Both the position numbers and the translations under genes were made by a program. A stretch of DNA of 64,000 nucleotides, from positions 1,674,001 to 1,738,000 of the forward strand of contig JAUPSS010000001.1 in NCBI GenBank assembly GCA_040285825.1, given 5' to 3'. Positions 53,564 through 64,000 of this stretch are shown here, piece by piece. The DNA comes from Eukaryota sp. TZLM1-RC. Its lineage: Eukaryota > Protista > Metamonada: BaSk clade. Position 1 is the stretch's first letter, and every line of letters begins with the position of its first letter. The notes under the pieces were generated by a model that made no database searches, was not told where the DNA came from, and saw nothing but the letters and a program-made list of their open reading frames with translations.

Positions 53564-55817
53564 AAATTTTTCAACCAAATATTATCTGGTCAACGCAAGT
53601 ACCCAGAAGAATTAAGAAGTTCTCGTTTGACTGCACTTGTCAAAAATTCAAAAATGGATGTTCGTCCTATTGCAGTCTCTGAGAGCTTACATAATATTTT
53701 TTCTGCGTGTTGCTTAAGCAGGTTCAATGAAAAAGCTAAAAAGATTTTATTACCCTTTCAATATGGTATAAATACTACAGATGGAGTCTCTTCAGCGATT
53801 TTTGCTACTGATGTCTTATTTCGTCAAAATGAATCCAATGTTTGCATGTCATTGGATTTTAGTAATGCTTTCAATTCGCTAAGTCGTCGCAGTATCCATG
53901 GTGCTCTATTGCAATATATGCCAGAATTAATACCATATTTTCAATCAACATATTGCACATATTCTAATTTACATTTTGGTAACAACATTTTGATTTCATC
54001 AAGTGGCGTAAAGCAAGGAGATCCGTTAGGACCTCTTTTGTTTTGTTTGGCCATTCATCCTATTCTACTGCAAATTCAAGAGATGTTTCCTTCACTAAAA
54101 ATGATTGCATATATGGATGATGTTGTGCTTATTGGTGAATTAAATATTGTGAAAAAAAGCAACTGTATGTTTTAAAGAATTATTTACCAAAATTGGTCTC
54201 CGACTTAATTTACTTAAATGTGTTTTGTTATCGAATTCTCCAGTTTCCACAATAATTGATGATATTGAAATTCAAGCCAAATTATATTCAATTGATGCTA
54301 TTCGTCATTTGGGTTCGTTTTTAGGAAATAATGATGAAATTACCAAAAATTGTTTGAAAAGTTGAACTCAATTTCTGACAAAATTGACCGAATGATGAAT
54401 TTAGATATAAAAAACACATCAAATTTACCATTATAAGACTGTGTTTTAGTTCCAATTTTAATCATATATTTCGATCTACAAATCCTCTCGTCACTAGACC
54501 TTTGGCTCAAAAAGTTTAATGAGTTACGTGCAAAAGTTCTGTCTCAATTACTGGGATGTAAAATGTTTCAAATTCCAGATCATGCTTACCTTAGTCCACA
54601 ATATGGTGGTTTAGGGTGGACGAAGGCTTCTATTCTTACCTCGTGTGCTTTTTGTTGGTGGATGCAGAAATGCAATCTTTGAGTTCTCCGAAAGATTTGC
54701 AGATTGGGAAGATTTATTGATGACAACGCAAAGTTCCACTGTTTTTGCATTAAATGAAGAAATTTCAAGAATTGATGTAGAAAAATGGGGTCGATGTTTT
54801 CCCCAATCATTCAATGGCAATATTCCAGAAAAAAATGTTTTAAATTTGAAGTACACTCTTCGAACATTACAGAAAAGATTGACTGGAATGTATGAAAAAG
54901 ATCTTTATAATAATATTTGCAGCTCGGCTGTTTTAAATCAAGATCTTCACTCATTGTTATTGGAAAAGGGTGTTTGTGAAAACAAGGTGTCAGATTCTTC
55001 ACTTTTTTGTAACCATTGTACCACGAAGATTTGGATTGTGTGCTACTAATGAAGCATTTGTAACAAAAATGAGATTATATTTGAACATCCCCATTAACCA
55101 ATTATTATCAAAAGAAAAATGTATTTGTTCGAATTCACCTCAACTCACTTTGCGCCATGCTCTAAATTGCTCTAAATTGATAACTTATCGTTCTTCATTA
55201 CATGATGCTGTTAGAGACACTGTTTTCAATATGGCACAAACTGCAAGGATATCGTGTATCAAAGAGCCCCTGCTGAAAGAAACACTTTCTCTGAATAATT
55301 TTGGTTCTGATGATAGAGGTGATGTATACTGTGATTGGATTGATAATTCTGAAGCTATTGTTGACTTTGTCGCATGTAATGTTGCAAACGATACTTTGGT
55401 TCACAGAAGAAAACTTAATCCTGTGGCTGCTCTGGATTTTAAAGCAAAAGAAAAACATAGAAAATATGATAAAGAAATTGAAGATGCAAATATCGATAGA
55501 AATACACAGCTGGTTTTTATTGCTTTTCCATTTTCGATAAATGGAAGATTATCAGTTGAAGCAGAAACTTTTTTGGATGACTTCCAAAAAATGGTGAAAG
55601 AAAAAACAATGAAAAGATTTGATATTTTTTTATGGCGTTCACGGATTCAATTTGCCATTGTTAATAGATTACCGCGGTTTTTCAATCGAATTAGAGAAGC
55701 TTTAGCTAGACAGCAAGCAAATCAAGATTTTGTAGAGGAAATCTTGGTTTAATGATAGTCGTCCCATTAGTTATGATTTAATTTAATCAAGTGTGCAAAT
55801 TCAATAAATTATTTTCT
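53564..55817 (+). mobile_element. Family C element, 5'-truncated, inserted in D
   Basis: TSD ATTACCATC at 53555-53563 and 55818-55826; no poly(A). Confidence 0.9.
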
Positions 55818-56490
55818 ATTACCATCTGGAAAAGCGCCTGGTCCATCAATGATCACTTTTGACATGTTAAAATCCACGATAAACCAATGTTCTGAATGCA
55901 TTGATGATTTGGTTTTCTTTTTCAACAAAATTTAAACATTAAAAATCAAGCTTCCATCTGAAATGACAAGTTCACGCTTAATTGCTTTAAAAAAGAATGA
56001 ATCAAAAATAAGGCCAATTGCAATTGGTGAATCTTTGTCTCGTATTCTTGCTTCAGCTGTGTTTGGCAGGATTGGTAAAAAGGCTAAAGATTTTTTTAGT
56101 CCTTTCCAATTTGGAATTAAAACAGTTGATGGTGCATCTTCTGCAGCACTCTCTTCTGATGTCTTTTTTAATTCCAATACTTCGAATTATATTTTTAATT
56201 TAGATTTTAAAAACGCATTCAATGCAGTGAAGAGGTCGTCCATCTTGCCCTTGCTTCAAACTCATTTTCCAGAAGCTGAGTCGTTCTTTTACAATTTTTA
56301 TGGCTCACAGTCAACTCTTGTTTATGAGGAATTCAATCTAATATCATCATCTGGTGTCAAACAAGGTGATCCATTAGGTCCTTTCTTTTTCTGCCTTGCT
56401 ATCCATCCTATAATGTGTGAATTAAAACAAGAATTTCCAGATGTTCATATAACTGCTTATATGGATGACATATCAATAATTGGTCCAATT

Positions 56491-59400
56491 TTTTTTTTAA
56501 ATTTAATTTTATTCAAAACCTATAAATCAACATCTAAAAAATCCATCTCTCCCAAAACAAAAACACTAGATGCAACTCTCTCATAGTGAGATCCAAGAGA
56601 AAGCAAAGCATCAGAAACCATCTTCAACATCCCCTTAAAAATAGAAAACACAATTCTATTTTGCCAAAACAATCTGTTGAAATTTCTGCCAGTTCTTCTC
56701 TTTACAATCATTTCAAAATCATCCAAAAAACGTAAAGCAGTTGGTGCAAGTGAACCAAAAAGGGAAAATACAAATGGATACAAATTGTATTTTGCATGCT
56801 GTAGACTGGCCAATTTGGACAAAGGTTCATTGTATTTTTGAATTTAAAATTTTCAGCATTTGAAAGGGGATTATGAATTTCAGAATTAACAAGCCTTTCA
56901 TTTGAGGCATTACAAGGATCAACAGACATTACATCCAATAAAATGAAGCTTCCATCTAATCCAGGTAATATGAGATCACCTCTATTATTCTTATGAAAAT
57001 CATTTTCAGCATCAAACAGATTTGACAACAAAGGTTCCAAGAAGGATTCAATTCTATGAGATTTACACATACAATATAACTGGTCTCTTACAGCATCATG
57101 AACCTTGCTTCTAAAAAGTAATAAAATGTTTACAATTTAACAAATGAGTAGTTGTAATTTCTCGAGAACATTTACAAATTAAATTATGAGGTAAATTATC
57201 AGGCCAGATAAAGGAACGAAATCTCATATTCAGAGTCCAAGCAGAATCGGATAAGAGAGTACCATAAACTTGTGGAATTGTTGTTACTAAGGCAGAAGAA
57301 GTACTGTCACACATATCTTGTAAAAGATTTGCAAAAGCGGGATTCTTTTTCTTGGCCAAGCCAAGTCTAACATCAAAATCCAAGCTTTCAAAAATCTTTG
57401 ACAATTTTTGTTGAAGCTTTTTACAGCAAAACTGTAAATTAAATAGAGATCGGTTTGGAATTTCTTGAATTGATTGAGGAAAACATTTGGTCCAAATTTG
57501 TGGCGGTAATTTTTCAAGTTCACAAGATAACTCATACAAATAGGGACTACAATTGGGGACTAACAGATGAGAATCATCAGGAAATCTACGAGAAAATTCA
57601 TAAATAAAATTTTGCCACCACCCAAGAATGCTGATTGACACAAAATTGAAGATTTAGTAAAACCAATACCACCCAAATTTGCTGAAGAAAATAAATGGCT
57701 TTTCAACATTCCTGGTTCTACATCCAATAAATCAGCAAAAAAATTCTGTTCTCAATGAATTAAAAGAACGACAAAAATCTAATGCTATGGAAGGAGCACA
57801 AGATCTCAAAATGTGGGTTATTCTCCCAGTGTAGCAAATTTTAAGCATGAAAAATTTAATATGCTTTTCTATATCTAAAGAAGAAATTTTTTTTTTTAAA
57901 ATTTAATTTTATTCTAAACCTATAAATCAACATCTAAAAAAATCCATCTCTCCCAAAACAAAAACACTAGATGCAACTCTCTCATAGTGAGATCCAAGAG
58001 AAAGCAAAGCATCAGAAACCATCTTCAACATCCCCTTAAAAATAGAGGACACAATTCTATTTTGCCAAAACAATCTGTTGAAATTTCTGCCAGTTCTTCT
58101 CTTTACAATCATTTCAAAATCATCCAAAAACGTAAAGCAGTTGGTGCAAGTGAACCAAAAGGGAAAATACAAATGGATACAAATTGTATTTTTGCATGCT
58201 GTAGACTGGCCAATTTGGACAAAGGTTCATTGTATTTTTTTGAATTTAAAATTTTCAGCATTTGAAAGGGGATTATGAATTTCAGAATTAACAAGCCTTT
58301 CATTTGAGGCATTACAAGGATCAACAGACATTACATCCAATAAAATGAAGCTTCCATCTAATCCAGGTAATATGACATCACCTCTATTATTCTTATGAAA
58401 ATCATTTTCAGCATCAAACAGATTTGACAACAAAGGTTCCAAGAAGGATTCAATTCTATGAGATTTACACATACAATATAACTGGTCTCTTACAGCATCA
58501 TGAACCTTGCTTCTAAAAGTAATAAAATGTTTACAATTTAACAAATGAGTAGTTGTAATTTCTCGAGAACATTTACAAATTAAATTATGAGGTAAATTAT
58601 CAGGCCAGATAAAGGAACGAAATCTCATATTCAGAGTCCAAGCAGAATCGGATAAGAGAGTACCATAAACTTGTGGAATTGTTGTTACTAAGGCAGAAGA
58701 AGTACTGTCACACATATCTTGTAAAAGATTTGCAAAAGCGGGATTCTTTTTCTTGGCCAAGCCAAGTCTAACATCAAAATCCAAGCTTTCAAAAATCTTT
58801 GACAATTTTTGTTGAAGCTTTTTACAGCAAAACTGTAAATTAAATAGAGATCGGTTTGGAATTTCTTGAATTGATTGAGGAAAACATTTGGTCCAAATTT
58901 GTGGCGGTAATTTTTCAAGTTCACAAGATAACTCATACAAATAGGGACTACAATTGGGGACTAACAGATGAGAATCATCAGGAAATCTACGAGAAAATTC
59001 ATAAATAAAATTTTTGCCACCACCCAAGAATGCTGATTGACACAAAATTGAAGATTTAGTAAAACCAATACCACCCAAATTTGCTGGAAGAAAATAAATG
59101 GCTTTTCAACATTCCTGGTTCTACATCCAATAAATCAGCAAAAAATTCTGTTCTCAATGAATTAAAAGAACGACAAAAGTCTAATGCTATGGAAGGAGCA
59201 CAAGATCTCAAAATGTGGGTTATTCTCCCAGTGTAGCAAATTTTAAGCATGAAAAATTTAATATGCTTTTCTATATCTAAAGAAGAAATTGAATCAAGTT
59301 CAATTTTCATTTTTTCCAAAATAACTTGCAATTCATTCTGAATTTGAGGCACATTTCCTAACCAACAACCAAGGAACTTAAAAGCATCACTACTATAATT

Positions 59401-61309
59401 AGTAAAAGGGACAATAGAATCGTTTATCACGAGGTCTTGAGCAGAAGAGCCAATCAGAAGGCATTTGCTGGCATTAAGATGAAGCCCAATATTTTCATAT
59501 GAATCGGCAATTTCTTGAGCAACCAATTCTAGTAAATCAAATGAACCAATCAAGGATATATCATCCATATAAGCAACTATTTTTATAGAAGGGTATTTTT
59601 GCTTAATGATATTTAAAGTTTTGTGAATAGCTAAACAAAACAATAATGGGCCTAAAGGTTCTCCCTGCTTCACTCCAGAAGATGATTTAAGACCAAATGA
59701 ATTAAAAATTAAATCTGATTCTTTCCCATAAAAATGGTAGAAAAAACTCGATAGCTCAGGAAAATCAGATTTAATAACTTCAAAAATTACTTCTCGCTTT
59801 ACAGAATTAAAAGCATTTTTAAAGTCGAGATTAAAAATAAAATTATTTTCCTCTGCATTAAAAAAGGTATCAGAAGAAGAAATTGAATCAAGTTCAATTT
59901 TCATTTTTTCCAAAATAACTTGCAATTCATTCTGAATTTGAGGCACATTTCCTAACCAACAACCAAGGAACTTAAAAGCATCACTACTATAATTAGTAAA
60001 AGGGACAATAGAATCGTTTATCACGAGGTCTTGAGCAGAAGAGCCAATCAGAAGGCATTTGCTGGCATTAAGATGAAGCCCAATATTTTCATATGAATCG
60101 GCAATTTCTTGAGCAACCAATTCTAGTAAATCAAATGAACCAATCAAGGATATATCATCCATATAAGCAACTATTTTTATAGAAGGGTATTTTTGCTTAA
60201 TGATATTTAAAGTTTTGTGAATAGCTAAACAAAACAATAATGGGCCTAAAGGATCTCCCTGCTTCACTCCAGAAGATGATTTAAGACCAAATGAATCAAA
60301 AATTAAATCTGATTCTTTACCATAAAAATGGTAGAAAAAACTCGACCGCTCAGGAAAATCAGATTTAATAACTTCAAAAATTGCTTCTCGCTTTACAGAA
60401 TTAAAAGCATTTTTAAAGTCGAGATTAAAAATAAAATTATTTTCCTCTGCATTAAAAAAGGTATCAGAGGCAATAGCAGCAACAGAAGCACCATCAATTG
60501 TTTTGATTCCAAATTGATGAGGATTCAAAAATGTAGAAGCTTTGTCTTTGACACGATCGAAGACAATTGATGCTAGCAAACGAGAAAGAGATTCACCAAC
60601 AGCAATTGGGCGTATTCCATCAGGTTTGATTCCGTTTCCAGGCTTTACTAAAGCAATCAGACGTGCTGCGAGTAATTCAAATGGAGGATTAATTTTCAAA
60701 ACAATCAATTGTTGAAAATAGTGGGCTAGATCATCAGCAATTTCGGGAGCACTGGAACACGCTATTTTTAACAGATCAAAAGAAATTCCAGATGGGCCTG
60801 CTGCTTTCCCCTTTGGCAATTTTTGAATAGCTTTAAGAACTTCAATTGCAGTAATAGGATTTTCAATCCAAAAAGGACACACTTCAGGCTTGCTGCACTT
60901 GAAATTTTCTTGAGGATGCAACTTTTGAAGTTTTTCAAGGGTATCAGAGTTTGCATCAGCCAAAGAAGAGGAAAACAAAGACTGCTTTGCGGCACCATAA
61001 CGACCACGTAAGCACAATTTACGGCAAATTTTTGATTTTACAATTTTTCTATTTCCAAATTTTTTCTTAAAACAATTTTTGTTTTTTCTAGCAAAATATT
61101 TCCAGAAGGATGAAATATTCCACTTATTATTTTTCAATTCAGAAGTAAAATTTCTCATTTCCATTGAGAAGGGGATTGTGCTGGCGGGACTTATTTCTAC
61201 TGGGATCCGGATCGGGGGTCTTACGGTATCAACGGCTTTACAATTCGTACAAAACAGAAGTTTTCGACCATTTCGTGAATCTGCAACATCTTTTTTGCAA
61301 AATGGAAAA
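56491..61309 (-). mobile_element. Family B element, 5'-truncated, inserted in D and itself interrupted by B
   Basis: TSD TCCAATT at 56484-56490 and 61310-61316. Confidence 0.9.
57889..59874 (-). mobile_element. Family B element nested in B, same orientation
   Basis: TSD AGAAGAAATT at 57879-57888 and 59875-59884. Confidence 0.9.
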
Positions 61310-63120
61310 TCCAATTGATTCATTGAGAACAATTGCTGAAATTGTTCAACAGCGCTGTTATCAAATTGGTCTTTCTCTAAATATTTCCAAATGTTTATTG
61401 ATTGGTAGAGAGCCTGCTGATCTCATTATTGATGATCAAAGTGTTCCTTTTATCAATTATTTTGAATCAGGATTTCGTTTTTTAGGTTGTTATTTGGGCA
61501 ACTTTGATGAAATTCGAAATCAGCTTTCCTCTCTTTTGGATAATTTTGAAGAAGAATTGATGGTTCTTTCAGATTTAAATATTGAAAAACATCTTAAATT
61601 TTTCTTCCTCAGAATTTGTTATTCAGGGAAATTTACTCATATTTTACGATCAACATCACCATCTATTTCTCTCGAATTTTGCAGAATTTTTAATGAATTA
61701 AGAACAAAATTTTTGGCTAATTTGCTCGATATTGATTCTTCTTTTTTACGTAGTCATATTTTTTGTAGCACAGAATTGGGAGGCCTGGATTTTCACAAAT
61801 CAAAATATTTGTGTAAAGCCGCATTCATCGGTGGAGGAAAAAATTTCGTTTTGAATTTTTGAAACGTTTTCCTGAAAACCAGCATTTGATAGAATGTTGT
61901 GTTAGTGACTATTTAGTGTCCTTGCAGAGTGAAATTGAATGCATCTCTCCTCACATATGGTCCAAATGCTTTCCTGCTGATATTCAAGAAATTCCACCCA
62001 GGAGTTTGATTTCCTTGAAATTTGCATATGCAAAATTGCAGAAAAAGATATTAAAAGTTTTTGAAAACTTGGATTTCACTGTTCGTCTTAGCTTGGCTTA
62101 AGAAAAGAATCCCGTTTTTGCAAACTTTTTAATTGACCTCAAGGATAGTAGCTCAAGTTGTCTTATTTCCCAGATTCCAAATGTATATGGTCTATTATTA
62201 AATGATCATCAATGGACAACTGCCTTCAGGATGAGGTGTTTCCTGTGGCCATGTAGTGTGCCAAATGATTTGATTTGTCGTTGTGGTCAGCTCATTAATC
62301 TGAATCATTTATTTAATTGCAAATTTAATATTACATATCGCTCAGTTGTTCACGATGCTGTTAGAGACCAACTATACGCTATGTGCAAAAAGCCATCACA
62401 TTGAAGCTTTTGTTGAACCACTTGTGCGAAGGTTGTCATCTGAAAATGAAAATGAAAATACTTTTTGGGAAACGCCGTGCTGATTTAATTACCCCTGCGT
62501 CTGATGGTGTTATTAAAGTTGTTGATGTTGTCACTGTTGATGTTTGTAAAGACTCAGCAATTGACTTTGCTAAAAGAGATGAAACTCCACTTCGCTTTGC
62601 TGAAAGAGCAAAATCAAAAAGTACAACGAACCCTTATCTCAGCTAGGACGTGTTGAGCATGTTAAGTATCAGTTGGTTCCATTTGCTGTTTCTCTTTTTG
62701 GTAACATTGGAATATCTGGCATTAAATTTCTTGAAGGTTTCAGAAGTTTAATAAAAGAAAGAGCAGGAAAAGAATTGAACTTCAATTTCTGGCACAATAG
62801 AATTGTTTTCGGTATTCTTAAAGCAATTCCAGAAATGTTGACCAAAGCACTGTTACAATTGGGAATAGAGTATGAAAATCGCGCGCTTAAAAGATTTGAT
62901 GATGTTGATGCGTGTATTGAGGATATTGAGTTCTAGTTGTTTGTTTGATGTTTTGTTAGCGTTGAAAATAAATTTATTGGAAAAAAAAAGAAGATTTTCG
63001 GCAAAAGGATATCTTCTAGAGAATTCAAATACAAAATTTTTTCCACCACCAACAAATGCAGCTTTGGCCAAATATTTTGATGAATTGAATCCAACACCGC
63101 CAAGTTGAACATCAGAAAAA

Positions 63121-63262
63121 TGTTTTTTGTAAAATTTTAATTTATTTTCAAAACCACAGTCTAAAAGTCAATTTCTTCAAAACAAGCTTCCACACCATCA
63201 AACCTTACAGCAGCAATGTTTTCATAATGTGCACTGACAGACATTAAAGCTTTCGAAATCAT
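63121..63262 (-). mobile_element. Family A 3' fragment (~140 bp)
   Basis: MISKAL..EEIDF + tail joined to the A-short start. Confidence 0.85.
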
Positions 63263-64000
63263 TTTTTTTTTTTTAAAATTTAATTTTATTCTAAACCTAT
63301 AAATCAACATCTAAAAAATCCATCTCTCCCAAAACAAAAACACTAGATGCAACTCTCTCATAGTGAGATCCAAGAGAAAGCAAAGCATCAGAAACCATCT
63401 TCAACATCCCCTTAAAAATAGAAAACACAATTCTATTTTGCCAAAACAATCTGTTGAAATTTCTGCCAGTTCTTCTCTTTACAATCATTTCAAAATCATC
63501 CAAAAAACGTAAAGCAGTTGGTGCAAGTGAACCAAAAGGGAAAATACAAATGGATACAAATTGTATTTTGCATGCTGTAGACTGGCCAATTTGGACAAAG
63601 GTTCATTGTATTTTTGAATTTAAAATTTTCAGCATTTGAAAGGGGATTATGAATTTCAGAATTAACAAGCCTTTCATTTGAGGCATTACAAGGATCAACA
63701 GACATTACATCCAATAAAATGAAGCTTCCATCTAATCCAGGTAATATGACATCACCTCTATTATTCTTATGAAAATCATTTTCAGCATCAAACAGATTTG
63801 ACAACAAAGGTTCCAAGAAGGATTCAATTCTATGAGATTTACACATACAATATAACTGGTCTCTTACAGCATCATGAACCTTGCTTCTAAAAGTAATAAA
63901 ATGTTTACAATTTAACAAATGAGTAGTTGTAATTTCTCGAGAACATTTACAAATTAAATTATGAGGTAAATTATCAGGCCAGATAAAGGAACGAAATCTC
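63262..64000 (-). mobile_element. Family B 3' portion, runs off the window
   Basis: Poly(A) at ~63262; ORFs 63297-63503 and 63496-63918. Confidence 0.9.

Larger units (their letters stand above)
53191..62987 (+). mobile_element. Family D element, 5'-truncated (pieces ~53235-53563, 55818-56490, 61310-62987)
   Basis: TSD AAGAAGATTTT at 53180-53190 and 62988-62998; NQLPS|GKAPG and IIGPI|DSLRT rejoin. Confidence 0.9.
45253..63120 (-). mobile_element. A-short copy (pieces 45253-46204, 53033-53190, 62988-63120) expanded to ~18 kb by nested C and D
   Basis: Pieces rejoin across TSDs GGAGCTTTT and AAGAAGATTTT; diagnostic variants in all three pieces. Confidence 0.86.

Noticed and set aside
490-63639. 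Recurrent short antisense/alternate-frame ORFs (e.g. MNINFCLEF.., MKFLPVLLF.., MILVMPQMK..)
   Set aside because: They recur only because the elements are repeated; no motifs, mostly non-ATG starts, not shared between families
1-64000. Prokaryotic RT system (retron, DGR, group II intron, CRISPR-RT)
   Set aside because: Poly(A) tails, 5' truncation, TSDs, CCHC+RLE domain and a eukaryote-type HMGCR point to eukaryotic non-LTR elements; no repeat-spacer array or TR/VR pair seen
1-64000. Fixed target repeat (SL-RNA, rDNA, telomeric repeat, microsatellite) between elements
   Set aside because: No recurring spacer; flanks are other elements at differing positions

Overview
AT-rich eukaryotic DNA (probably a protist; organism not identifiable from the sequence). 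About 97% of the window is a nested pile of compact (~3.3-3.5 kb), single-ORF non-LTR retrotransposons. Their domain order is N-terminal CCHC knuckle + C4 finger, RT (GVKQGDPLGP / YMDD) and C-terminal CCHC + restriction-like endonuclease (RLE), most resembling the CRE clade. At least seven families can be separated by their C-termini (working names: A ..ACFEDIDF, B ..MDFLDVDL, C ..FVEEILV, D ..ACS/IEDIEF, E ..NLVSYVF, F ..ACLEDIEF, G ..GFEDVEF). I could pair 22 retro-insertion target-site duplications (3-14 bp) by eye. 20 of these insertions landed inside another element, nesting up to four elements deep, with no shared target sequence. All six intact 5' ends start with an 8-10 nt oligo(T) followed by CT, 80-87 nt before the ATG. 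A 1.2 kb RT-less derivative of family A starts at an internal TTTTT(T)CT and is always welded to an A 3' tail. Same-strand tail-to-head chains of mixed families occur without TSDs. Non-element DNA is limited to (i) a ~1 kb island with a hAT-type MITE and the 5' part of an HMG-CoA reductase gene, trapped inside an element, and (ii) a ~0.6 kb probable mRNA retrocopy. No rRNA, tRNA, SL-RNA or telomeric repeats were recognised. Coordinates were read by eye (+/- a few nt). Family names are my own labels.
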